A program made the translations under genes and the position numbers. From Octopus vulgaris (Eukaryota), in the NCBI GenBank assembly GCA_951406725.2, contig OX597836.1, positions 25,668,001 through 25,732,000 of the forward strand: a stretch of 64,000 nucleotides of DNA. The letters run 5' to 3'. Within the stretch, counting starts at the first letter, position 1. The number at the start of each line of letters is the position of its first letter. This document shows, piece by piece, positions 28,608 to 41,988 of the stretch. The notes under the pieces were generated by a model. The model worked only from the letters and a program-made list of their open reading frames with translations. It had not been told where the DNA came from and searched no databases.

Positions 28608-29155
28608 GTAGTAGTAGTTTTGGGAAAGTCATTGACTAGTGACAACAACAACAACAACTATAACCACGATAGCAACTGCATTAATATCCACAAGATGGAC
28701 AGCTCTGTGAAAATAGTGGCAATGACAACAACAGCAACAATCAATAACTGCAATGAAGACAACAACAATAGTATCAATAACAATAACAATTGCAATAACG
28801 ATACCAACAACAAGAACCGCAAAAACGATGAACACCAACAACACCACCAATAACTTTGACATCCGGGTCACACCGTCCACAACAACAACAAGAACAACAA
28901 CTCCAACAACAGCAACAACAACAATAATAATCTCAGCAACGAACTTTGACAACATCAACATCAACGTCCTTCGCCAGCGGACCACGGGGCAAGTAGCAGG
29001 CCGCGGATCATTTGGTATAGGGTCACATACAAACAATACACTTTTTAAATTTAATTTCTATTTTGTTGACTATTGCAGTCAGCAAGGTAGTCCTAAACTA
29101 TATATATGCATATATATATAGTTATATTTCGGAATGGTCATTTTGCCAGTTTAGC

Positions 29156-29264
<109 letters not shown>

Positions 29265-29900
29265 TGTATGTATGTATGTATGTATGTGTGTATGTATGTA
29301 TGTATGTATGTATGTATGTATGTATATATGTATGTATATCCTTTTTCGAGATCAGCAACAGTTTGTCGCTGAAAAAAAAAACATATAATATTTTGCGAGT
29401 TGAATGAGTTTTCATCAGTAGCTGGTGATAAACACACGCTGAGGACGGGCAACCAGCCAGAAACACGAGTCGATGTGTATCACGTAAGGCTAGAGATGGG
29501 AGCAATGATCTCTCCAAGCAAATACTAATCGCACACACAATGTGTGTTCGTTAGCTAGCTGGAGGAGACGACTTCCTGGGTCTGTAAACGTCAGTAGCAA
29601 TGTCCAACACTTGGTTGGCAATTATGTTACGGTATATATATATGTATGTATGTATGTATGTATGCATGTATGTATGTATGTATGTATGTATGTATGTATG
29701 TATGTATGTATGTATGTACGTATGTAAACACCGTAAGCAGGGTTCTAAGCACTTGAAAGACTGCTGAAAACTTGTGGATAGCTAAGGTTAGAGGTAGTAA
29801 CCCGCTACCCATATAAATCCTATCAGGAATAAGACCGAACCTGAGCCAAACCAAGATTATAATAATAATAATAATAATAATGATAATAATAATAACAATG

Positions 29901-29973
<73 letters not shown>

Positions 29974-30566
29974 TAGTACTAATAGTAATAATTTCTTTTA
30001 TTGGCCACAAGTATCAAAGGACGAGTTACAGCACACAAAAACAAAGCAAAAATACAAAAAAATACAAAAATCAAAAACAAAAACAGGTGGGGTTTACATC
30101 GATCAAAGGGATATATTACCACATTAAGGGATATGACAGAAGATATATAGTAGAAATTAGAGAAATAAATAATAAATAGAGTCCCCAATAGCGGGGTAGT
30201 CCGCTTAGGGTAATCCGGGGTAAACTCCCCACAAAAATCCCGGATTACAACCAGTATCGATGACAATAACAAACAAGGGGATGATGACAACAATAACAAC
30301 AACAACAACAACAACAACAACAGCTGCAGCTGCAGCAGCAAAACTATTGCAAGCAACAACAACAGTAAAAACATTAATAACAACAAGGATAATATAACCA
30401 TCGGGGATCGATTTAACAACAGTAGTATTGATGAAAATAACGGATGACGGGGCCGTAACAACAACAACAACAACAACAACGACAGCAATAACAACAGCAG
30501 CAGTGTCTGTAGGACTACTACTATTACAAACAACAACAACAACGACAATAACACCAGTGTACTTAC

Positions 30567-30670
30567 ATTATTTTTACAATCCACATCAACCTTCTCAATA
30601 AGCAACCTTCTGGCCTTCGCTAGGTTATTCTGTCGAGCGGCCTCGTGTAGTTTCTTTTCACCTTTCAACA
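30567..30670 (-). CDS. ANKDD1A: Internal coding exon (104 nt) of an ankyrin repeat and death domain-containing protein 1-like gene
   Basis: Minus strand reads ctcattctatttgcag|TG TTG AAA GGT GAA...AAA AAT AAT|gtaagt, with a canonical acceptor and a consensus donor (phase 1 in, phase 0 out). The peptide (x)[34 protein letters not shown] resembles the first ankyrin repeat of vertebrate ANKDD1A ([24 protein letters not shown]..., recalled, not searched). 1A versus 1B orthology cannot be resolved from one exon. Confidence 0.75.
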
Positions 30671-31468
30671 CTGCAAATAGAATGAGAGACATCACTAATC
30701 GATCATACATGCAGTTTAATTGTTATAACCAAATAACAACGACAACAATATCAGCGGCGGCAGAAGCTGCGGTGGCAGAAACACAAAGTGCAGTCGCTGC
30801 AATAGTTGCAACAAGTGCTAACAGCTTCTGTCAAATATTTTTACTGTTGTTATTTTTATAGGCGGGTTTTGGTGAACATTAGCGTCGTTTGTTGTCATTG
30901 GGCGTTGTATTTCCGGTAGCGTGACTGACCGGTGTTTGAGACATCCTAACCAGGCGGAATAAATAGTCTAAGGTAAAGTTAGTTTGTTTCCGGACAATAC
31001 ATCGAAGAGGCCAGGGAACAGAAGAAAGAAGACATGCACCCAACACCAGAGCTGAAGACACCTTCGAAAGGGGGGGCGCCACGTCAAAACGGTAGAGGAG
31101 TAGGGGCCGAAACCGGACGTGGTTCCTCCTGATTATGTCTTGAGCTAACTGGACCCTATAAAGGAGCTGTTGTGGTAGCAGACCACGAAACACGGTTGTA
31201 ATTCCTCCAACGATTCATCGGTTTTCTCGCTAATAGGTGCATCTTTGATGAAACACGCACACAGAGAGGTTGAGAAGGTCGCGTTGCAGCCACGTGGTTT
31301 TAGGTTCAAGCCCATTGCCTGGTTTCTTGGGCAAGTGTTTACTTCTAGAGCCCCGGACTGTCCGACCTTGTGTGAGCGAATTTAGCAAACGTTAACTGCG
31401 TGGAACCCGTCATATAAATATACATACACACAATCACACACACACACAATCACACACATACATATACA

Positions 31469-31537
<69 letters not shown>

Positions 31538-31611
31538 TGTAAATTCAAATAAAAAAACTAAAAACCGAACGTATGTGCGTAAGAAATGTACTAGCTTGAC
31601 GCTCGATGAGA

Positions 31612-31646
31612 ATTTGACATTTCGAGCATAGCTCTTCATCAGAAAT
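31612..31646 (-). ncRNA. Minimal hammerhead motif, Penelope-type
   Basis: Minus strand: AUUU CUGAUGA A GAGC(uau)GCUC GAAA UG UC AAAU. Confidence 0.55.
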
Positions 31647-31946
31647 GAGAAGGGAAAGTCAGGCTAAGTCAGGCTAAGTCAGGCCTATGATCTAATATAT
31701 TCCAGCCGTGATCATCCTCTCAGTTTCTTTTGTTTCTTGATTAGCTTGTTTTATGTTTTCTTCCTTTCTTAGGAGATAGGGAGCCTTTTCACCTTTAGTG
31801 AGCCTTAAATTGCTGATAGAGTTATAAGGGCGCAGTTGTCACATGAAGCTTGGTGAGGCACATTCCTCTCCAAGTTTGACGGAAAAGAAATAAAGAGAAA
31901 GAAAAAGAGAAAGAAGGTAAGGAAGAAAGAAACAAAGGAAGAAGGT

Positions 31947-32033
<87 letters not shown>

Positions 32034-32888
32034 GGAGAAAGAAAGAAATATAGAGTAATTGACAATAGTACTGGACTGGTACTTATTAACACCGAAAGGA
32101 AAAATAAGGACAATTGACCCCAGACAGACATCATCTCGAAACGACAAAGTCTCACCCTCGTAATATAGCCAGACCATCTACGGTGACGTGCCGTTACTGG
32201 TTGGGTTCCAAAATACACTTATGCAAAATAAGCAGCTCGGTGAATTTTCGTAATAGCTCAGTATCTAATGATGTCACCACTCTTCTCCTGCCTTGCTTGC
32301 TCATAGAATGTAAGGGTCAACTTAACATTAGCCACGTTACCCAACCAGCAGAAAAAAAAACATTGTGACCACCTGACAACATTGCAAATACCAGTTGTCC
32401 AACTGGTTTTCACTGACCCCATTGGACCCAGAGCTGCATATCTGTCAAAGAGACTAGCTGTAGTAAAGCATATCTCATAACCAAACGACACCTCTTTCGA
32501 ACAATCTCTGCAAATGCCGCAGTAGCCTGATTGCATGATTCTACATCATCACACACAAGTCCTCTGTACAGACGGTATTCGCAGCAGATGGACCGCCGGA
32601 CCAGTGCCAGATATCCCTTAGCAATAAAACTAAAAGTACAAATGTTCCAAATAATAACTAGGACTATGCGCAACCCTCATTTACAGAGGATGATAAATAA
32701 CACCGGTGAAATATTCATTGGCCAACGTTAAATGAACTTTTAAGTATACATTCAATGATAGACAATATAATGAAGATTAAATGCTTCGGTAGTTAATTAT
32801 TCATGGCCATTGTTAATTAAATAGATTTTCATTAGATTAATATAAATTATCATACATACATGCACTTCACACCCACCTACATGCTTAC

Positions 32889-32960
<72 letters not shown>

Positions 32961-33191
32961 TGTGTGTGTGTGTGTGTGTGTATTTGTATGCATCTGTATG
33001 TATGCATATGTACGTATGCATAAAAAGAGAGGCGGGTAGGAAGGAGCGCTAAATTGTCTGATCAGTTCTAATGAAAGTGAAACTGATTCTTAAAGACGAC
33101 TGGTAAACGCGCATGTTTAGGTTTTATTAGGTCACCTCCACAATAGACATTTTATCCAATTGAAAAGATATATATACATACATACATATAC

Positions 33192-33259
<68 letters not shown>

Positions 33260-33294
33260 TAAAGAATGGAGTCGAACGACGATTTAACAAAATT

Positions 33295-33389
33295 CCTTTA
33301 TTCTCGACATATGTTTCGAAGACTGCATACTCTTAATTCCGAAGGAATAAAGGGTGCATTATGCCGCCTTCTCATCAGGAAAGACAAGG
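33295..33389 (-). ncRNA. Type I hammerhead ribozyme, paralog of 14561-14655
   Basis: Minus strand: CCUUGUCUUUC CUGAUGA G-AAGGCGGCAUA...UAUGCAGUCUU-C GAAA CAUAUG UC GAGAAUAAAGG. Confidence 0.75.
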
Positions 33390-33440
33390 AACTTATGTCA
33401 GCATCATGACGAATAAAAACTTTTAGAAGACTGCCCACTT

Positions 33441-33511
<71 letters not shown>

Positions 33512-33512
<1 letters not shown>

Positions 33513-33673
33513 TTCATTAAAAAGCAGTAAAATATCACAAAAACTGTTACTCAGAGTTTCACGTTCCCGTTCGTCTGAGAGTTTATTTAGAATCTAAACA
33601 AACCTGTCCGACGAACGGGAACATGAAACTCTGAGTATCAGTTTTGTGATATTTTTCCTGCTTTCTAATGAAG
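33512..33673. repeat. Palindromic ~160-bp element
   Basis: CTTCATTA...AACTGTTACTCAGAGTTTCACGTTCCCGTTCGTC pairs with GACGAACGGGAACATGAAACTCTGAGTATCAGTT...TAATGAAG. Confidence 0.9.
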
Positions 33674-33757
33674 CATATTACTCTAACTCTGGTATTCGAG
33701 TACTATTTTCCCACCTTCTTTCGCATTTATATGCTTACTGTTGTATCTTCCCCCCAA

Positions 33758-33867
<110 letters not shown>

Positions 33868-33880
33868 ATGTGTGTGTATG

Positions 33881-33915
<35 letters not shown>

Positions 33916-33916
33916 A

Positions 33917-34345
33917 GGTATTGTCCGTGTGGTAAGAAGCTTGCTTCCCAGCCACATGATACCGGGTTCAGTCCCATTGCGTGGCACCTTGGGCAAGCGT
34001 CTTCTGCTATAGACTCGGCCCGACCGAAGCCTTATGAGTGGATTTTGTTGACGGAAACTGAAAGAAGCCTGTTGTGTTTCTGTGCGTGTGTCTCTGTGTG
34101 TGCGTTTGTGTGTGCATTTTTGTGTATGTGTGTGTTTGTCCTCCTAACGCCATCACTTGGCAACCGATTCTGGTATGTTTACGTTCTCCGTAACTTAGCC
34201 GTTCGGCAAATGAGACTGATAGAATAAGTACTAGGCTTGCAAAGAATAAGTCCTGGGGTCGATTTGTCGACTAAAACCCCTTTAAGGCGGTGCTCCAGCA
34301 TGGCCGCACTCATATGACTGAAACAGTAAAAGAGTCAAGGAATAA
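33917..34345 (+). mobile_element. SINE family A
   Basis: Matches 21219-21632 over the full length. Confidence 0.85.
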
Positions 34346-35503
34346 GAGAATATATATATATGTGTGTATGTGTGAGTGTGTATTATGTATGTATATATAC
34401 AATGATTTAATATGAGTGGAATGCTCTTTTCATTTTTCTCTACCTTTTTTGAGGATAAGAATGAACAGTCACTCAATTTAAGGAACTGTGTACCTACTTT
34501 TGCCCACGCCTGTATATACAAACACACATGCTCATACACGTACACACAGACAATTCGACAAACACTTCTACACACAGATAATTCTACAAACACATACACA
34601 TAGAAAAGGGAGCAAGAAACGGTTGGAAGTAACAAAAGTGAAACATGAAATCTGTGATGGTGTAAATTCACGAGAGAGGAAAATGAAATGATTTCACTTT
34701 CGATCGTAAAATACGCCATAGAATCCGCCATTACTGTTTACAAAACAAACCTATTTCATGATTGTAGAATATATCATAAAATTTATCAAACAACTCTGTA
34801 ACATTGATGGTGATGTAGAGTTTTCTGTGTTGTCACTCGTATTGCTAAAAATGAGTTTAACCTTCCTCAAATGACACGATACTCCCAAACGGTACATGCA
34901 ACAAATAATGTATTTATATGTTTGAATAGGTGAAGGCGTATGGCCTATGGTTAAGCCGTTGCATTTGTGATCGTAATATCGTGGTTTCGATTCTCGAGGA
35001 GGTACGTTGTGTTCTTGAGCAAAACATCTCCTTTTACGTTGCTATTTTCCGTTTACCAGTAAAAGGTTTCTACCAGCAATTGAGAAGTAAAGCTTGGAAC
35101 GAACCTAGTGTCTTCTCTCGTCGATTGAACCTCCACTCTGCCGGACAATAAAAATTTGATTACAACTACTGGCATTCTAATGGTGTCTCCCCTCCGTCCA
35201 TTAACTAACCAATTAAACTAAATCTAATTGTATGTCTCTTCAAAAAAAAACTCCCTCTCTCTCTTACACACATACATACACACTCACACACACTCATACA
35301 TATACTCACACACATTCCTTCACATGCACATTCACTCTTTCCTTAGTTCTCTCTGTTTTTTTTTCTACGTACTCTCACTCTCACTCACTCTCACTCTTCC
35401 TCTCCTTCTTCTTCTCCCTCTTCTTCTTCCACTTCTTCTTCCCCCTCTTCTTCTTCTCCCTCTTCTTCTTCTTCTTCTTCTTCTTTTTCTTCTTCTTCTT
35501 CTT

Positions 35504-35536
<33 letters not shown>

Positions 35537-35633
35537 CTTACTCCCTTACGACCCTCTCTCTCTCACTCACTCTCTCTCCTTTCCTCCTTTTTCCTCTCTC
35601 TTTTCATCTCTGTTTCCTCTTACTCCCTTTCGA

Positions 35634-35664
<31 letters not shown>

Positions 35665-36227
35665 TCTGAATCTCTCTCTCAACTCTCATCGCTTCATACC
35701 TTCTTTCTTTTCCTTCTTTCTCTCTTTTCCCCTCCATTTCTTTCATTTATTCTCAAACTACACCTTTCAACACCAGACACGATGCTCTTTCTTCAGCAAA
35801 TGCAGTTATATTTCTTATCTGACATGGAATGGTCGTTCTGCAGAAATCTTAGATTTTAATCGATCTGGATATTTATAGAATTTACAAGCAATTTAGCAAG
35901 ACGCTCTGGAAGTTGGAACCTGGTTCTTTCTTTAGCAATGCTCTTTTAATTATAGCAGCTCAAAATATATTGGTTAACATCATTCTAACAACACAGGAGT
36001 TCGGCTGGATAGGGACAAACCCTTGACCTCGTTCCTCTATGACGGAATGCTGTTTATGTAGCTTCTCCAGTGATCTTACATCACTGAATAGCAACAGTAA
36101 AACAACAACAACAACAACATCACTGCAATAGGAGAGAAAAGAAGGAGGAGAGGGAGGAGGAGGAGGAAGAGAGGAAGGGAGGAAAGGAGTGAGGCGAAGA
36201 AGAAGAAAGGAGAAGGAGGAGAGGGAG

Positions 36228-36503
36228 GAAGAAGAAGAAGAAGAAGAAGAAGAAGAAGAAGAAGAAGAAGAAGAAGAAGAAGAAGAAGAAGAAGAAGAAG
36301 AAGAAGAAGAAGAAGAAGAAGAAGAAGAAGAAGAAGAAGAAGAAGAAGAAGAAGAAGAAGAAAAGGAAGAAGAAGAAGAAGAAGAAGAAGAAGAAGAAGA
36401 AGAAGAAGAAGAAGAAGAAGAAGAAGAAGAAGAAGAAGAAGAAGAAGAAGAAGAAGAAGAAGAAGAAGAAGAAGAAGAAGAAGAAGAAGAAGAAGAAGAA
36501 GAA
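36228..36503. repeat. (GAA)n microsatellite, about 90 units with one interruption
   Basis: Read directly from the sequence. Confidence 0.98.
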
Positions 36504-36727
36504 GGTTTCGAATTAGTCCCATTCTGTGTTGGAATAACTCCCCCTCTCTGGATGGAGAAATATTTATAAGAGATAATTTCCAGTTGGTTAAGAAGAAAAT
36601 AAATGCTAAAAATTTACAAGGATATAAATGAATAAATGAAAAAGCAATATGTGGAGCATGAATGCTTTCTTAATTAAATTGCAACTGCTGCGAAGCGGAC
36701 AGGTAGTGCGCATGCCCGGTCGCTTAC

Positions 36728-36771
36728 CTGTTTTGCTAGATTTTGCTTGGGAAATTAGCAGTTGGCTATCA
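36728..36771 (-). CDS. Candidate upstream 44-nt exon of the ANKDD1-like gene
   Basis: gtctttgtatctcag|T GAT AGC CAA CTG CTA ATT TCC CAA GCA AAA TCT AGC AAA ACA G|gtaagc. Splice sites are good, the frame is open (DSQLLISQAKSSKT) and the phase-1 end joins the 104-nt exon (G|TG = Val). No homology support. Confidence 0.35.
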
Positions 36772-37198
36772 CTGAGATACAAAGACACTCTCAAGACAAG
36801 CTTGAAAAAATGTACATTTTAGAGCAGTCGTAGACATCTTGCATAGCAGGATGCCTTTCATCCTTTCGGGGTCGATAAATTAAGTACCAGTTACGCACTG
36901 GGGTCGATATAAGTGACTGAATCCATCTGTCTGTCCTTGTTTGTCTCCTCTGTGTTTAGCCCCTTGTGGGTAGTAAAGAAATAGGTTTAAGAGGAAGAGG
37001 GCTGCACGGAAAGCAAGAGTTCCACGGGTCCTGACCCTCCTGTTACGCTTCCCCATTGTAACAATGAATTTTCTTTCAATACTGGTCAAATAAACCACCT
37101 CAGGAGCCATAAAGAATATAGCTGCTAATCTAGTCATCTTTAGCGACATAAAGTTCGAAAATCATGAGTAGAGAAATATACCGAAGCCCCTATGAGGC

Positions 37199-37360
37199 TT
37201 ATTCAGAGCGTTTCTCGCACCCATGACTGGCAACGAATACCCAGCAGCGAAGAGATCCAAAACAGATTGAAACTACGTGATCTGGTACCCTTGAAGTCGG
37301 AGTAGTAGAAGTTATCTCCCGCTTGCAATAAACATCGGGTGCGAGAAGCGCACTGAATAA
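37199..37360. mobile_element. Small MITE-like inverted repeat
   Basis: TTATTCAGAGCGTTTCTCGCACCC and GGGTGCGAGAAGCGCACTGAATAA are complementary at 22 of 24 positions. Confidence 0.5.
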
Positions 37361-37451
37361 ACCAACTGGAGGAGATATCTTCCTGGGGTTAAATGGCAGT
37401 ATCGTCGTCTCTTAGTAGACAACCACAATAAAGTAACCATAAGCAATACAT

Positions 37452-37501
<50 letters not shown>

Positions 37502-37516
37502 GTATACGTATATGTA

Positions 37517-37561
<45 letters not shown>

Positions 37562-37839
37562 GCACACACTCACGAGGCCACACTTCATAGGAAATGACAA
37601 TTCAACGATTACATGAGCCACAGATAACGGATATTAATCTTGACATAATTTTAATTTTATCTGACAAAACCACGATAGACTTTTAATAGCTGACAGCAAA
37701 ACTGAGTTAATTTCAACATTGTTAAGAATCCAACTGAAAATTTTACGCAGATTTAAACAATTGTGGCACAAACTATACATGTCCATCATTTCGTTTGCTA
37801 TAAGTACACACGAAAACAAAACAGACTCATATTAATAAC

Positions 37840-37898
<59 letters not shown>

Positions 37899-38035
37899 GG
37901 GAGACATAGGCACGTTCTAGAATATAATAATTTACGGTTTGATAAATACTATTAAGGCATTCTAAGAAATTTTTCTCAAACTGGAATATTCGTCAATATG
38001 CATTCCAGTATGAAATTTGGCAGAAATAATAGAGC

Positions 38036-38264
38036 TATTTCTTTACTACACACAAGGGGCTAAACATAGAGAGGACAAACAAGGACAGACAAATGGATTA
38101 AGTCGATTATATCGACCACAGTGCGTAACTGGTACTTATTTAATCGACCCCGAAAGGATGAAAGGCAAAGTCGACCTCGGCGGAATTTGAACTCAGAACG
38201 TAGCGGCAGACGAAATACTTCTAAGCATTTCGCCCGGTGTGCAAACAATTCTGCCAGCTCGCCG
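38036..38264 (-). mobile_element. SINE family B
   Basis: Reverse-complement match to 57346-57581. Confidence 0.85.
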
Positions 38265-39135
38265 CCAGAGCGTCGGACAAAATGTATTGCGGTATGAGTG
38301 TTCCGGTTCTTTTCTTTCTGATTTCAAATCTCGCCGAGGTCGAATTTACCTTTCATCTTTTCGGAGTCGATAAAACACTTGCAAGTGAGTATGATTTTAG
38401 GAACATGTGCGATGCTTTCACGAAATGCTTCAGGTGCTTGTATAACCGTCAAACCGTTATAGTCTCCTGTCAACAATTTTACCCGTGACCCACCGGATCA
38501 TGATATTACATATATTGTTGAAGAATCTAACAGTGAAGAAAAGAGAAACTAGAAGATAAAATCTTGACGCTCTGGATAAAACATTTATAATTGTGTGCAC
38601 GGTCATTCCCACTAAGCAATTGTTCTACCATCACTGGGAGCGGAGAAAAGTTAAATAAATCATGAATTTATTTCGTATAGTATTTAATATATTCTTTTTA
38701 GTATTTATTGTTCAAATACTTGCCTTTGACCACTTTGAGTTATATCCCTTGGCTCATTTTTCGTATCATTTACACAAATTACTAACGCTAAAACGTGTTC
38801 AGTTTCGTATATGTGTAAGTGTTTCGTATATGTGCTGCAGATAAGGTAAGAAAATGCTGTGCTGATAACATTGATGCGGAAACATGTCGATAATTGTCCG
38901 CTTGAGTTAATGAGATAATCTTTCCGAAACGGTATATTAATTCTGGAGAATTAACTCCTCGTTTTATCTGGAGTTAGTCTCAACTGCCACCAAGCGATTG
39001 CTGAATCTAGAAAGAAATTTGAATCAGCAGTAACTTTTCTTGTAGAGTATTTCATTTCCTCTTGTTCGTCTTTGTTCTTTCATGCTGCCACTGGCCGACA
39101 ATCCGAGTTCTTTCTTTTAGCCCGTTATATATATA

Positions 39136-39684
39136 TTGGGTTGTCCGGAAAGTTCGTGCCGATTTTTAAAGGAAAGAAAAAGATCAATAAATACTTGCCA
39201 TTACATATTTAATCAACCAAATATGAACCATTTTGTTGCACAATGCATCTCCATCTTTCCTTTAACTTGAAAATATCCTTCCCCCAGAATTGAGGTGGTT
39301 TCATGGCAAAGAATTCATCAAGGTATCTTTTTACGTCATCTAAGGAATTGAATTTTTTTACCATTAAGACTATTCTGCAGAGACTTGAATATGTGTAATC
39401 CGAAGGAACAATATCTGGGGTAACACATCGCAGCCGAGCTGCAGCAATTTTTGTCTGGTTCCCAAAACATCAAGTGCCGAAAATGAATTTTCTTAACTTC
39501 CATTTTAAAGGGTTACAGAATTAACACAAGATATAGGAACATACACCTTCTTACACGAAAAGATAGCTTAAACTGTTCTCTAAATGGAGGTGTAGTCAAT
39601 CCTATTTTATGCACTCAACCACGTTCTAAAATAAGTCGAAAGGTAAGCTCCTATAAATCGGCACGAACTTTCCGGACAACCCAA
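39136..39684 (-). mobile_element. Internally deleted mariner (DD34D-type) element
   Basis: Perfect 30-bp TIRs (TTGGGTTGTCCGGAAAGTTCGTGCCGATTT) flanked by TA. The minus strand has MEVKKIHFRHLMFWE fused to TRQKLLQLGCDVL, then PDIVPSDY...FNSLDDVKRYLDEFFAMKPPQFWGKDIFKLKERWRCIVQQNGSYLVD*, a mariner C-terminus. Confidence 0.9.
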
Positions 39685-39910
39685 TATATATTGGATCGTT
39701 AGCTCCTACATGCAATTTTTTTCTCTCCTTGTTTCTTTTCGGTGTATCTTTCTGTCGAAGAGCGTAGGCTCGAAACGTAAAAGACTTGTTTTATTTCTAT
39801 TCCTGAGCGCCATACTAATACATTGTTTGTTTGTACTCCACCTGCCTTCGTCTTTTGTTTATTTTCGTAAACCTGCCTTCGTCTTTTGTTTATTTTCGTA
39901 AACCTTCCCG

Positions 39911-39955
<45 letters not shown>

Positions 39956-40104
39956 CGGGATCAGCCATCTGAATGTGGCTAGGGACAGGGCGGGGTGGTG
40001 GGGGTGTTACTGATGCATTTAGCCCCAGGCGACTAAAGACGTCACCAGAAGAGCCGACACCATCACGGTGTCCTTGCTAGCCTGCAAAGGGAGATCAGCC
40101 TCCC

Positions 40105-40181
40105 CGAAGATACGGATGCTACACACGGACCGGTTTCGAGGTAGTCGCCTCTCGTCAGCGCATGGCAAGCACCGTTCTTCG
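40105..40181 (-). ncRNA. Type I hammerhead ribozyme with a canonical core
   Basis: Minus strand: CGAAGA-ACGG-UGCU-ugc-CAUGCG CUGACGA GAGG(cgacua)CCUC GAAA CCGG UC CGUGUG-u-AGCA-u-CCGU-a-UCUUCG. All core nucleotides are present, with a GUC cleavage triplet, a palindromic stem III and a long stem I with an internal loop. Confidence 0.85.
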
Positions 40182-40189
40182 TTGAGGGA

Positions 40190-40230
<41 letters not shown>

Positions 40231-40590
40231 CTGAGTGAACTGGAGTAACTTGAAATAAAGTGTTTTGCTCAAGAACACACAACATAGCCCGGTCCGGGAA
40301 TCCAACTCACTACCTTAAGATTGTGAGCTATACGCTCTAAACACTGAGCCACGCGCCTTTACACGCGCGCGCGCGCACACACACACACACATAATTATTT
40401 AACTAGAATAGCTTTGACAGTAACTGCGAAGTTCCGACGATTCCTTAGCTGACTGAAACATCGAAGTTACTGTCAATAATATTATTATTTCAGAGTTAAA
40501 AAAAAAAATGTTACTCTACAAAATTATAGAGTAATCCCCAGATTAACGTAAAATCGTTTTTTTTAATTATAACTGAACATAAAAAAAACA

Positions 40591-40653
<63 letters not shown>

Positions 40654-40731
40654 AATATATATATGTATATATATGTATGTATATATATATATGTATATAT
40701 ATATATGTATATATATATATATGTATATATG

Positions 40732-40782
<51 letters not shown>

Positions 40783-40846
40783 GTGTATATATATATATGT
40801 ATATATATATGTGTATATGTATATATATATATATGTATATATACAC

Positions 40847-40879
<33 letters not shown>

Positions 40880-41529
40880 GGCATGCATGCATACATACGT
40901 ACAAATATTGTACAAAGTTTTAATTAAATCATAACAAATCCATATGTCGAAGCGAAACAACCCCCGCAACAAAATACAAAGCTAGGAATAATCCTATAGA
41001 TTAACAGATTATAGATTGTAGCTTAATTCCAGGTTCTCTAAGACGATCTTAGTTCTTGAACCAAATCAACTGTTAAGACGATTTCCTGACACTTTGAATA
41101 TGTAACAATGTGCAGAGGTGAATAAATAAACACACGTTGACGTAGGGTGTATATAGTAGAGATGTATAAATAATTTATGCAATTAACGAGAGGATAATTA
41201 GTGATGTCTGGAACACTTGGACATTGCTGGAACTAGAAAAGTAATTACATACAACATTGGAACAAGACTTCCATAATTAATAAACAACCACAGTGGAGTG
41301 TGAAGAATATATCAGTGATACTGTATAACTATGGCAGCGAATTGGTCGACTCGGTAGAGCATCGGTCGAAAGGTGTTAGCGTATTGGGTTCAAATCCCGT
41401 CCAGGTCAACTTGGCCTTTCACACCTTCTGGGGTCGATAAATAAAAGTAGACTTGCCTACCGACGTTTCTTCTACCAAAGCCCCACTTGTGAGTGGATTA
41501 GGTAGACGGAAACTGAAAGAAGCCCGTCG

Positions 41530-41602
<73 letters not shown>

Positions 41603-41726
41603 GTGTACAAAGAAAACCATATATTTATTTTAGATCTCACCTTAAAAGCGCAGAAATTGTTTCAATTGCTTTAACATACATACACACACACACTCACACA
41701 CACACTCACACACACACTCACACACA

Positions 41727-41842
<116 letters not shown>

Positions 41843-41951
41843 TATTGGATTTAGCTGGGATTTATATTCTACTTACATTCACTGATATTTGATTGTTAGA
41901 AATTTAGCCATATTCTTTTCTACTGAGTGTGTGTGTAAATATATGTACATA

Positions 41952-41988
<37 letters not shown>

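Noticed and set aside
29979-30710. 243-aa ORF as a single-exon gene
   Set aside because: Only 30567-30670 is protein-like and it is bounded by splice sites. The rest is (TTG)n-derived intron.
36189-36569. Poly-glutamate ORF
   Set aside because: It is a pure (GAA)n microsatellite.
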